Translations under genes and position numbers: made by a program
Shown: positions 12,915 to 25,625 of the stretch, piece after piece
Layout: each line of letters begins with the position of its first letter
How positions within the stretch are numbered: the stretch's first letter is position 1
The notes under the pieces: model-generated
Database searches by the model: none
Seen by the model: only the letters and a program-made list of their open reading frames with translations
Told to the model about the DNA's origin: nothing
Assembly (NCBI GenBank): GCA_003971905.1
Contig: RSEE01000038.1
Location: 434,001-498,000 of the forward strand
Length of the DNA stretch: 64,000 bases
Direction: 5' to 3'
Source of the DNA: Moniliella sp. 'wahieum'
Lineage: Eukaryota

Positions 12915-14229
12915 TTACGCCTTGCCGCGGTAGAACTTGTTCGGCACAAAGGGCATCTTGGTCACCTTGCCCGGGCGCAGCTTACCGCGGACCTCAAAGA
13001 AGAGCGCGTGTCGCGTTGTGGTACCGTTCTTGATCAGGCCCATCGACACGTTCTTGCCCAACGTAGGAGAGGGGATCCCCGACGTGACCACCCCCACCAC
13101 CGTCGCTTGGTCTTCCGCAAAGATCTTGGCGCCCTCACGAGCTGGCGGTCCCTCAACAAAGAAACCGACGCGGCGACGCGCAGGCGCATATTGGATTTCA
13201 TTGAGAATCCTCTGGGCACCGGGGAAGTCCGCGCGCGCGCGACGGGACTTGGCTACGGTCCATGTGAGCGCGCCCTCAACAGGAGAAGTCGTCTCGTTCA
13301 AGTCGTGTCCGTAGAGACACATACCAGCTTCAAGGCGCAGCGAATCACGGGCGGCCAAGCCGGCGAGGGCGACGGGCTCAGCAGCAAGCAAAGCCTCGGT
13401 CACCTTGACCGTGTTCGGCCCACCCGGAATGGAGATTTCGAATCCATCCTCGCCCGTGTACCCACTACGGGCAATGTGGCAGCCCTCAACACCGGCCACA
13501 GGCGCAAAGATGGAGCGGCCAAAAGCCAGATTATCCAGCTCGGCCGGCGGCGTGAGCGCTTGAAGCACCTCGGCGGCCTTGGGGCCTTGCAGAGCAACCA
13601 ACCCTTGGTCTTCCAACACGGAATGCTTCACCTCGGGCTTACCCGCCGCAGCCAGGCGGAGAGGTGCTGTGAAAGGTAAGCCAAGTCCCCCTCACGGCAA
13701 CCAGCATTGGTCACAACATAAAACTCGGCGTCCGATCCATGCTTGGTGATGTGTCGTCCAAGGATGCCCCCATCGGGCCAGGAGAGAACACTGAGGGTAG
13801 ACTGGAACGGCTCCAGGGCCTTCAAGTCGCTGGGGGTCAGACTCGAGGAAGTCGGCGGCACCAGGCCCAGTGAAGGTGTGTTGGACATATGGCCAACATC
13901 AAACAGCCGGCCTCAGAGCGCACATGCTTGTGAGACACAAGCGGGCTCTGGTCCTTGTACTGCAGCGGCATGGAAAATCCTCCAAAGGGAACCATCTTGC
14001 CGCCATTCTTGACATGGAAGTCGTACAGCGACGTGTGGGAAAGGGTGGAGGCATCGCCGGCACGAACCGCCGAGGTGGCCAGTCCCGCATGGGTCCGAGC
14101 GAGGTGCGCGAGGCCCGGGCGACGGCGGCCGAGGAGGAACAAGGACCGCACGGTGAGCGCAAGACAGCGCGCCCGCAACAGGGGCGGCCGTGCGGCACGG
14201 CGGGCAATGGCAAGGGACGGGCGCAGCAT
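12915..14229 (-). CDS. GCV1: Glycine cleavage system T protein (aminomethyltransferase), mitochondrial precursor
   Basis: Arg-rich presequence; [93 protein letters not shown]. Confidence 0.96.
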
Positions 14230-15898
14230 TGGTGGGGAGGAGGGATGGAGGGGGTTGGTGGAGAAGAAGGTAGCAGCCTACACCTTGGTGCTGCGAAGAT
14301 CGTTGACAGCGACGTGGACACGGCGACAAAGCATCTTTTCCGGCTGAAGCGGGAATAGCCGTATCGGTTGCGAAGCAGAACCCTGCTGGGGCGGAGGCGG
14401 CCGAGGGACAGAGGGGGGGCAGCGGTGTGGTGCTTGATTAATTTGAACTTGCATCAGCTGGTTTCTGCCCTCCTGCCTGGCGGCTGGTGCGGGCATGGGG
14501 CCACGCCTCGACGCGTGATGGCCTAACCCTACTCAGGGTACTCTGGCCGCTCGGGCCTTGGTCTGAGGGACTGGGAGATCAATTGGGCCAGTCAGGCCTC
14601 AGGGCGGGGATCCTTCGATGCTACGATGGACGTGTCGTCCGGTGGTCTTTTTTCTTTCCTGTGTGACATGTGATGTCTAATGCGACTTCTCTCTGATAGC
14701 TCTTGTTTTACAGCCAAAGAGATAGAAATCCTCCGTGCCCCACTTGTCCCATGTTTCTTACGCCGTGCATATTAAGGCCTCAAGCTACTATACACTCCAT
14801 CTCACCATTAGTATACACTGCAGTGGAATCACCATGCAGCGTTGATAATCATGATCAACTAGTACTAACCGTCTCCCGTTCTATATGTCAGTAGGCATAA
14901 AAACACTGAGGTTCCCAACCTTTGTCACAAGTGTCGAACAGAGATTACACGCGATGAGTAAGCGAGAAAGGGATCGGGGGGGGGGGGTCTTGATAATGTC
15001 GGCTTCTTTGTGGAAGGAATCCTCTTCAATGAAGAACAGAGTGTGAACCTTCTTGCGAGGACAATCGATCATATTTCACGAAGCACAACACAACCTGTGT
15101 CGGGACTGACACGGTAGTGCAGTATGCCGAAAGCATCCTAGCCAGACTCTAGCACTCCCAGCCACTTCCACCCCGGTCGCTAGTACCTGCGTGCCCAGCT
15201 TGGGCGCAAGTCTGGAAGCTGACACCCCCCTTTCTATAATAAGACTCGGCTCGGAGAGCGCAGTCTATCCTCTCTTCTCACCACCTTCCATTCCCTCCCC
15301 CCCTCTTTTCAGCTACTCTGTAGTTTCACTCGCCCAATCAATCAATGCCAATTGGCCATCTGACCTGTTTTATACTCTTATCCTCCGTGTCTCCTGGGAT
15401 CGCGATCTGTGGTCGTAACAAATGCCTGCAACAGATACAAGTCCTTCGAGACCAAAGTGTTGTTTTGATTGAAACATAAAGGTGTGAAGGATATACTATA
15501 GATAGGCTGTATATAGTGGAAGCTGTTGGCCTAGGGAGCCGGATGGACAGAAGGATGTGAGGAGAAGGTGATGGATTGGAGCTAGCTTTGGGTCTGGGTC
15601 CAGAGGCATATCTATGTAGGAGGCCAGACTAGGAGCCAGTGAAGCACACAGAAGAGAATGCAGGGCACGAGGAACAGTACCACACGCCAGGACCATACCC
15701 GTAGTGTGGGGAAGCCGACCGAACCGAGGCGAGCTTGGTCTACCGACTGTTGGGAGCCGAAGGATCACAGTCAACAGAGGGTTTGTCTTCATGAGGCGTT
15801 CTCTTCGTCATTGGAAACAGGTTGGGATGACCGATATTAGATGAGCGATCGGGATTTGCGTAAAAATACGGTCAAGTACTAGTATATATACCAGAAAT

Positions 15899-15961
15899 CC
15901 TCGCAAAATCTCTGTTCCACCTCGCAAAATCTCTGTTCCACCTCGCAAAATCTCTGTTCCA
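15899..15961. repeat. Perfect 21-bp tandem repeat, 3 copies (CCTCGCAAAATCTCTGTTCCA)
   Basis: Read directly at 15899-15919, 15920-15940 and 15941-15961. Confidence 0.97.
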
Positions 15962-17383
15962 CCCCTCCGTCTCTCTGCCAATGACAAATGGCAAAAGGGG
16001 TACTCTATTAGGTACCAAATTTGTCGATTTTTGACCGTGGGAAATAGCAGGTTATTTTGAAGAGGAAGGCTGAAAGCATCTCAGATCTCACTCATCGTTC
16101 AAGTGTACTATTCATTACGCTCATTCGCACACATCCTCTCGCTACATCCGCATGCATCCTCTCGCTACATCTGATGCGATTCTTCAGACCACAATGGAGA
16201 CGGCCACAAAACACATAGTTTTTGACTTCTTGTTAGCAACCCCATTCGCCGACTCCTGTAATACCTTTGGTGAAGGTGTCATGGGAGCTGCCAGAGAAGC
16301 AAACGCCTATAGTATTGAGCGGGCTCAGGGAGCATAGCGTTTTCCCCCTGATCCCGCCTAAGGCATATAAAGGAGCAATGGGATCTCTTCAGATCTTAAT
16401 CTCAGCTCTCTACAGATAGAATATCAATGAGCTGATGGCTGTCTGTGATGTGTAATCACAGAAGTGCTGTAGTATTAATAGGCGCGTGAAATATGAGGCT
16501 AGGATATGACACAGCTGCGCGCTGTTTGTTGGTGCAGGTGCGGGCCGAAGGCCCACGGCACAATGTGTGGCGAAGAGGATCACACACTCATCCTCTCCCG
16601 TAACGCGTAACGCGTAATGCGTAATAGTTCCGTCGTTAGTTGCCTCAGCTTCCCCCGCGAGCTATTTAGCGATCTTCTACACCACACCTTTATCTTCATT
16701 TTCGCGCCTCGCCTGAGTGCCTGTTGGTGACTATGATATGGTCAGTTACACTCGACGCAATCAGACTTTGCCCCACTGATAGCGCTGAGGGTGAGGTCGA
16801 TGAGGCGCGGCTTTGACACTGCCGTCCGTTTTTTTCTAGCCTTTCCATAACCGGCATCGTTGCCGACCACAGAGACTGAGTCCCGACCCCGAGCAGAACA
16901 GCAAGCAATACTAGCGGCACCTCTATAATATGCAAGAGAAGCAAAAAGTCACTATTAAAAGAATGTTCTACTGTTCATGAAGTGTTTTTGGTAAGTGACT
17001 CAGTGCTGAGCCCCTAATACTTCGTCAATGGCGTATAGAAGAGCACGTGTGTAGATACTCTTCTTCCTTAGTGGCCGCGCGCCTTCCTTGTGTGCCTGTG
17101 TACTCACCGGGAGGTACCATATTCCCAAACGGACGAGTGCAACAGTAGACATGAAATAGTATGCGGGGGGGGTATACGTGGTAGCAGTGTTGCGCTGCGC
17201 ATTCTGCCGCGAATAGCTATGCAGACAAGAGTCTCTCACATAGACGCTAGTCTTAGTTGCCCGGCGTGCTTAGACTTTGTTATCCTCTTCATTGCACATC
17301 TGAGCTCCTCTTCTCCCTCTCTTTTGCCTCCTCAAGTTACCCCCTCTCATCAGACGACCATTACCGCCATATCCGATCGCTTA

Positions 17384-18359
17384 ATGATGGGGGTGGGCAC
17401 ATCGTATCTCTCCGCTCCTCAGGAAGCCGACAAGCAACACGCGACTCCCCCTTATGACGAGGAAAAGGCTGCTGGAAAGCAAGGATCGCATGCACCTTTT
17501 GGAGGCATACTCTGCCTACCACAAAGGTATGCCCAGCCTCGTTTTCCTGGATCCCTCTAATGCCCTCTAGCAACAATTGAACTGACTCCCCCCTGGATCT
17601 TCACAGGCTCCTCTTCGATCTGAATTCTGGGTTCTAATCCTCCAAGTTATCATTTCCCTTGTCGTGACATATGCGCTGCTGCCCTCGCTGGGTTCCAAGG
17701 TCACTGGCTTGGCAATCCGAGTGGACTCAGTGGCTTTCTTATCTTCATCGCATTGTTTAGCCTACTGACGACCGCCATACTTCTTCTCCCATCTCTTTTG
17801 TCCGGAAAGCTGCCCTGTCTTCTCCCTGCCGCCCATTTTCTCAGGGAATGGCGAGCCGGGTGGATTGTAAGGGCAAGTGCCATCATTTTTGTCTTGATCG
17901 GATCCATTGCTCAAACGGTCTCGACGGTAACGGCAAAAGAATGCAACCTTCCCTCGGGAGTCGACGTGTCCCACCTCAAACAAGGAAAACGTCCGGACGA
18001 CTATCTTCATGCGTTGAGCGGGTTTTGTGCGTCCAAAGTGGCGGCCACCGTCTTTATCTGGATGCTCCTATTTGCATGGGTGTTGAGCTTGATACTCTTC
18101 TTTTGGGCGGCACGAGTCTTCCACGCTGGGGAAAGTAAGGAGGAGGATGCGTATACCCCATTACTCCAAAAGTTGTCCCCCTCACGGAGAAGTTGGCCAA
18201 GTTTCTAGCGAGTGGAACGAAGGCTACGTATCAGACTGGACGGAAAGCTTGAAATACGACCCCGATGATGATCTCGACGAGGAGGAGAGAGAGTACAGGT
18301 ACTTTGAATCTCGTTACGGATCCCAAGCAGGGACAAGACCTTACCAGTACAAGCAATAG
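17384..18359 (+). CDS. Hypothetical 4-TM (MARVEL-like) membrane protein; intron 17527-17606
   Basis: GTATGC...CTGAC...CAG intron. Four hydrophobic helices (FWVLILQVIISLVV; GFLIFIALFSLLTTAILLL; IIFVLIGSIAQTVS; VAATVFIWMLLFAWVLSLILFFW), a Cys pair in the last loop, and an acidic tail. Confidence 0.6.
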
Positions 18360-19156
18360 GCCTCATTCGGGCCAAAAAGTCATGCTCTGTCATTCGCAAC
18401 ACTCTACTGTCTTATGGTGAATGAGCACAATCATATCCTTTTCTCATGTTTCGTCGCCCCTAACCTGGTCCATCCGTTCCAGTCACAGACTCTTGTCGTT
18501 GATCAAGAACATTTAGGCGAAACTATGTTGTACAGCGCAGTACCAATCTCTCGTCTGTATACCCTGCTCTCTACTATAGTATGTGGATTGCTTTGCAAAT
18601 ATTGTAGAATGCGTTCTGTTGCTTCATTGAAAGGTACGCTATTGTAGTCATATATTGACGAAGCTTGTTATGGTTGTGGAGGAAGAAATGTCTGTGCCCA
18701 AACCGACCTGCTCATCCGGCGTGTCCTCAGTGTGCTTGTTGGCGACAAACCCATGTATAGGGTTAGTATGGCACCAACCATACTAATTTTCGTAGTGCCA
18801 TTGAGTGGGACTTTCCATGTATCATTTCCTCTCCTATTCCAATAGCAGGCCATGCCGATACCACACTGCAGCCCGTCCTCTCGTCCTGTAGACCTTATCG
18901 ACCCCGGGGGCCGCCCCCACAGTCCCAACATCCCCAGCTTTCCCACAGTCTACTACCGTGCCACCTACTCTACTGCCGGGTATCCCAACTTGTCCCACCT
19001 TCTCGCACCTCGCCTGTGTTGGACAACTAAGTAAGCCCTTCGCCTGCCCCAGCCCGCACACACGGCACAGGTGACGCCATTTGCAGCAATTCGGGAAGGT
19101 AAACATACAGTACAAACATTCACGCAACACAGATAGATCTAGAGTTAGATCTGCGA

Positions 19157-22100
19157 TCAACGGTCTGGGGCCTCTTCGTACGGAGGACGGTAGTGGTAGC
19201 CCTCTAGTCCAGATGGCGTGCCAGCGGGACGGTCCAGAGGGGGCAAAACAGGGTTCGGTGAAGGGGTGGCAGAGGAACCGCCGCCTCGCGCAGCAGACAG
19301 ATGCGGTGCAAGAGGATTGTACCGCCCCTGATAGCGGGAAGAACGGAAAGAGTCGACCCCGGGCAGGGTGGACGACAGTTGGGGCGACACTGCTCCCGAA
19401 CCAGGCTCCCGTCCATTGCGCGGCAGAGTATATACCGGGCTCAATGGGTGACCTGACCCGGTGCGCACAATGGCCGAGGCCGACGAGGAAGGGATCCGAC
19501 CAGGTGCATACGGCTCATACTCGCCCTGCGAAGCTGATGGGGCGGCGCGTACTCGTGGCTCCGTTCCCGCGACTCGGCCGAGCGATCGGCGCACGCTCAT
19601 ATGGCTCGTACCGTCCCCCAGGGCCGGGGGGAGACCCCCACCCCGCAGGTGTGGAGGAAGGGGAGGTGGCTGGGTGCGACACATTGCTGGCTGTGCGGGC
19701 ATGGAACATACCTCCAGGCGATGGCGCCGAGGAGGTTCGGGACGTATAACCGGATCGGCCTACACTTGGCCTACGCAGTCCCAGCGACAAGAGCGGCGGC
19801 GAGCCAGATGCTTTGGCCCCCGGTTGACCACCATACGTGGCGGCCAAGCTGGGAAGGGGAAAGCTACGCCCGTACGAATGGGAGTGCGAATGAGACGGAA
19901 GCGTCCTCCCGCCCAGTGGCATCAACGCTTGCATCGGCGACCGTTCGTTCCCACCAACTGTCGAGGCAGCCGCAGACGGAGGGTGGTCAGCAGAGCTACG
20001 CCCACCGGACTTTGGTCCTGTCTCTTCCCCTGCTCCGGCTGCCAGCAGCGAGCCGGCACCGGGAGCAGACCGTGGGCGATCATCGGGCTGCCGCGTCCCC
20101 TCCGAGTCCCCATGCCACGATAGTCTCTCATCTGAGTTGCAGCTGGCAACGACCCCTTGCTTTCCAGAGGCTTGGTCTCCTCCTCGTCCGTCTCATCCCC
20201 CCCTGGCGCCGGACGGCGAGGGTCGGAGCCTGCATCGGAGGAAACGGAGCGGGATGCCTCCTGCGGGGGTTGGTTGGAATGGCTCGGACCGCGCCCCATA
20301 GGAACTGACACTGGGCTTGGCCCCCTTGAAGGGCGTGTGCTTGCCGGCGGCATAGAGTGGGAGGGGTGCATGGTTGCTGCCGCAGGGGAGGTGGGGTTGG
20401 ACGGGTGAGACGCCGATCTGGCTCGTACAGGTGGATCAGAGTTAAGCAAGTTGCTAATCCCCAACGACCGAGTCGGTCCCGACGGACGCACAGGCGAAGC
20501 AGGCTGGATGTGCATCTGCGGGCCTTGGGACCTTCCCGTTGCAGGAGGCGAAGTCGGCGGTGGTGACGCGTTTGCCCCTGTTGGAGCTGAACGTGCCATA
20601 AGAGGGCTCATAGATCGGGAGGGAATGCGGGCATCGGGCGCGACCGATGCACCCGCGGGTGCCGACGACGGCGCAGATGGTGCGGGGGCGGCTGCGGAGG
20701 CAGAAGCTGGAGCAGGTGCGGGGGCAGGTGCGGGAGCGGGAGCGGGAGCAGGTGCAGCACCTGGAGCAGCACCTGGAGCGGGAGCTTGAGCGGGGCCTGA
20801 GGCCGAGGCAGAGACCGGGGCAGAGGCGTGGATCAGATCGTGGAACCGACGCATCTCGGGCTGCGGATGGACGGGGGTAAGCCCAGGAGCAGGCGAGGGG
20901 GCGTACTGCTGGCCAGGTGGGGCTGAGGCGGTGCGGAGTTGGGGGGGCAGGTAGTGGGACGAAAGGGGCGCGCCCTGGTATTGTCCCGTGTAGGTAGGCA
21001 GGGCAATGTGAGGGTACTGCGACGTTGCTAGCTGAGCCGGAAGGTGAGAATAGGGGCCCTGTACCCGCTTTGGCGTAGCTCCCACTACCCGAACCGGTCG
21101 ACGTTGAGCCCGAGCCCGATCCCGATCCCGCACCCGAACCCGAACCGGAGCCAGACCCCGAAGGGGTGCTCCCGTGCCGCTTGCCGGGGGAGGGGGGTAA
21201 CTGCCACGGGGCCCGGACGGGGCATGCAAGTCGGGGGTAAACGCTCCCATTCGAGGCCCCATGGGCTTGGGAGGGGCCGTGGGATGCTGCCCATAGACCA
21301 GCACGTGGGCCGCATTGACCGCCGCAGTGGTAGACGTGGTAGACGTGGCAGCCGTGCCCTGCCCCGCCGAGCCCGGCTTGGCTGGAGCCGGGGCCGCGGG
21401 CCCACTTCCTGCGCTCCCGCTGCGCTGCATTTCCATCGCCGGGGCCGGAGCAGGCTCTTCGACCTCAGGAAACATCGTCTCCGCATCCGCCCGACGCGCC
21501 TCCACAGGCCGAGGCTTGTTGGCATCCGCAAAGGTCAGCGCCGCACGGACCTCCTCGTCATTCTCATGCCGGCGTAGTAGTTGCGTGCCTGGGCTGCGCT
21601 CTTGGAAGCAAGTGTGCTACACATTGTTGTCCACGCCTTGCCGTACACAGCCAAGGAACGGAGAAACTCGGTACGCTCTGCTTGGGACCAGAAGGAGGTG
21701 GTGTTGCCTTTTGCCCGTTTCTTTTTGTCCCCTGCCGGTGTAGGCTTGGGAGGCGCGCCCGCGCCCGCAGTGCTTCAAGTGCAGCGGCGGCAGCAAGATC
21801 CCCAAACACGTCGCCGCCTCCCTCCCGCGTGGAAGCAGAAGGCGTCTCACCGCTCGTGTCGCCCACACCAGACGCAGGAGGGGCGTCTCCGTCCCAGGGT
21901 TCGTCGCCGGGCCAGAACGAGACTTCTTTCGCCCATTCGCCGGCGGTTTACGCGCACGCTTCTTGGAGCCTTTCGTCTCATCATCTCCCACGGCCGTGTC
22001 CGGGGCCGAGCGTTTGCGCCCTAGCGTGGGTGCTGTGATCGTGGGAGAGGGTGCGTCTGAATCGCCAGCGCCTGAATGTGGGTGGGGCGCAGAGCCAAGA

Positions 22101-25100
22101 ACAGGACTTGGGCCAGTCGAATTGAGAGATTTCCGTTTATCCCCACCTGCAGTGTGCTCTCCTCTGCGCCATCGGCCACGTCCGCCTTGTTGGAAGCGGA
22201 AGCGACATCTACCATGAGCGCGTTGCCTCGCGCCTTCTTGGTCTTACGCGTCGTTTTCTTCTTCTTTCCTCCCCCGACCGACCGGCGGCAAGAGCGCGGT
22301 AGTCCCAACCCGGCAGTTTCTTGGTTGCATAGTAAAACCGAACGCAGTCCTCGGGGGTCTTGTATGGCAACGCAGCAGCGATCTTGCCAAACTGCTTGGG
22401 ATACAGACTGAAGCGACGCTTGAACGTGCTCTCCTCTTCCTCGGTCCACAGCGGGGGCGCAAAGTCATCCAGGTAAACGCCACGGGATCATGCACTTGGT
22501 GGTTGGAGTCGTCATACGTCTCCATCAACACCTTTGTGTCCGAGTCGGGGTTAAGAACTTGGTCGGGCAACTTGGCTGTAGTCCGGGCCGCCCGCATCGT
22601 CGGGTCCTGCATATCGGCGCTTTCCAACGACGCAAGAATCTCGAGAAACTCCGCTTCGGATCGGACCGCATCGGCGGCAAAGCCCCCCGGTCCCATCCCC
22701 TGGGAAGCATGGTGATTGTTCCTCCGATTCGCCCTGCCAGGAATGGGAGTGACCGACACAGAGCCCACAGGCTCTGGCTCGTTGTGGGCAGATGTGGCCT
22801 CGGCGGCTGCTTCGGCACGTTCCTTACGCTCGTTCCACTCGTCCAGCATGCGGCAATGGATCAGCCACTTGCGATTCAAGTCGCGGTACTCTTCCTTGAG
22901 CTTCCTCACCTTGTCGAGCAGTCGCTGCTGTGTCGCAGCCTCACGCTCCATGATGGCCAATTCGGTCGCTTTCAGCTCGGCCGATTTCATGTCCAACCAC
23001 AGTGGACCCGCTTCAAAGTAGACTTGATCAGGAAAGGCTCGTGGGGCAATCAGGGTGCCATGCATCGACTCTGCCACCTTCCGATTGACACGGTAAATCT
23101 CAGACTCCTCTCTCCGTTCCTCTACTGGATCCGAGAGCCGATGCATAATGTTGCGCTCCAGCAGGGTCCGTTTTCGTTCCACCTCCGACTCTGAGGGAGA
23201 AACGTCACCCTCGTCAGGGTGATCCGCTTCGGCCTCGCCCATCTCCACATCGTTGGTCGAACTTTTTCTCTCTTGGACGGGGAGGTCAGCGGGTTCACTT
23301 TCCGGTGCGTGCTCGACGACAGGACGGTCAACCTCCATCGCCTCCGGCTCGGCCAGTTCAGGCTGAACAGACGCATCAGTACTCAGGGCATGAGAGGGAG
23401 TAGTTGGCTCCTCTTTGCGTGGCGCCTGAGGTGCAACGGGCCTGGCCCTAGTTCGGAATTGGGAGGGGGAACTTCCAAAGGGATGGTGGCATCCGCATCC
23501 AACGGCACAGGAGCCGGAGCCGAGAGCGCAGTCGAGGGAGGTGGCTCTTTGAATTCTGTGATGGGCGGGACTTCCTTGGGTGATATCGACCCATCCACAT
23601 GTGCTCCCAGACCATTGATGCCGCCGTTCTCCGTCGGGGGTTCCTCGACCGGTTCGTTTGATCCAGTAATGGAGCTACGCGGGACAGACTCGGCTGAGGG
23701 GTTGGTCACCAAAGGCGGGGGGAACACACCTGAAGGGAGTGTAGGCGACTGAGCCGCCAGGTTGGCCAACGTGACGAGGGGAGATATACTGTCCGGTGCA
23801 GCATCCCCTGCGTCCAGTTTGGGTGAGGAAGACGAACGAGTAGCGGCCAAAGAAACTGCTCCCACAGGCGCAGGTTCAGCAGGATGAGCAAGACCTTCTA
23901 GGACGGGCGTAGCCTGATCCGAGCGGACGGTTTCTGGAACAAGAGCTGGCGCAGCCGATGGCTCAGGCTCAAGCGACGAAGTAGACATTGCGGGAGCAGG
24001 TGCGACCGGAACAGAATGTGATGGCACCAAAGCAGGCGACGCAACCGAAGATGGAACGATGGCCGAGGCTGGAGGCACATCAGGGAAAGGAGGCGTGTGT
24101 GTCCTTGTCTCCAGGATGTCAGCCTCTTGTGCCCCTTCCCTTGGGGGAAGAGATGGTTCCTGGACGACCTCGGTGGAGGCTGCAGCCTCGACTTTTTCCA
24201 TGCCTGCGTTTTCCTTAGGTTGGGGCGCATCTGATGAGAAGTGAATGGTCAGTTTCCTTGCCACAGTATGGAGAGGAGAAGGCACGTACCCATGGATTCG
24301 GTATTGGTCTCGATGGCGGTCTGGGCGGAAGGCTCAGAGATGTGCTCCGACAAATGGGGATTCGTAGGGAGGGAGAGCTCCGTATGACGAGGAGCTGAAT
24401 CCTGGGGAAGGCCCTCGGCGTCAAGAGAGGGAGCAAGATTGGTGGTTTTGCATGCAGTCTCAATCTCGACTGAAGACACAGGCTCGGCGGGTGGGACGAG
24501 CGTGGCTTCGGTGGTGGACGCTGTAGAACCAGCAACCTCCCGCGGTACCCGTTTCCATCCACAAAAGGAGGGGCGGGCGCTGTAGGTGCAAGAGGTGTGG
24601 CCACAATTGGGGGAGACGATTCCCTCGTTTCCAGAGGGGGGGCGTCAATAGAAGGACCCGCAGATTCAGGATTGGACGGAGGCACATGCGCAGCCTGGGA
24701 AGATAGATCAGGCGCAGGGACAGCTGAAGGCGCAGGCCGAGGCGTGCTTGCTGGACGAGCCTCGGCAGGCTCGGGAGGTGCATCGACCATATCTACATTG
24801 GGCGCAGCCTCCATTGGAACAACTGACGAGGTCTGTCCTGGTTCGAGCAAAGGCTCAGGCTGCTCCACAGCGGGCTCGACCTTGATTGCCACGTCAGCTA
24901 CCGGGACAGTTGGGGTAGGACCGGGTTCCTCCACGCCACCAGACAGGGCGTCCCCAGTGTCTTCCTGCTTGATGTGCACCGGTGCAGCTCGCCGGGGAGA
25001 AGAGGCGATAGAGTCCCGCTCGCCTCGCAGGGAAGAGTCCTCTTCTGCCTGCCCCTCCTCGACTGATGATTGCGACGACCACGAGCGGCGCGGGCAGTGT

Positions 25101-25625
25101 GGCGTGTCGTGGTGGCGGGCTGGAGAGGGAGGGAGAGGCAGGCTGTGGCGGGGGGGCGGAAGGGGCGTCCCCACGGCCGTGGCTCGCGCACTTCGCCGCC
25201 CCAAGGACGGAATGCGGGCTGGGATCCGTTGGAGAGAATTGGCGCCCGAGACGGGGGGGCCACGCCCCCTGCCGGCGCCAGAGCGCCTGCGAGGAGGGGG
25301 CGGGGGGGCGCGCCGAGGGTACTCGCTGCCGCTGGGGGCGGCGGGAGGCACGGTGCCGGGGGAGAAGAGCGGGATGCCGAGGGAGGGGGCATGCCGAGCG
25401 GGACGGAGCGGCCGCGGGCATACAGCGGTGGTGGGCTGGCGCGTGGCGGCGACGGGCGCTCGCCCCAGTAGCGGACGTACTCGGGGGGAGGCGCTCGTGG
25501 GAGACGGAGCGGGGCGGGTGCGCGCCCACTCGAGCGCGCGCTCGCGGTCGCGCTCGCGGTTGCGGCCGCCACGGCGCTTGCGCTGCCGCCCGGGCGGGCC
25601 GGGGGGTGGTGCTGTGGGTCGACAT
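19157..25625 (-). CDS. SNT1: Snt1/N-CoR-like Set3C HDAC-complex subunit with two SANT domains; long disordered flanks, many frameshifts, 3' end approximate
   Basis: Coiled coil LKEEYRDLNRKW and DAVRSEAEFLEILASL. SANT1 WTEEEESTFKRRFSLYPKQFGKIAAALPYKTPEDCVRFYYATKK (about 22320-22450). SANT2 TSFWSQAERTEFLRSLAVYGKAWTTMCSTLASKSAAQARNYY (about 21570-21705). Confidence 0.85.
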
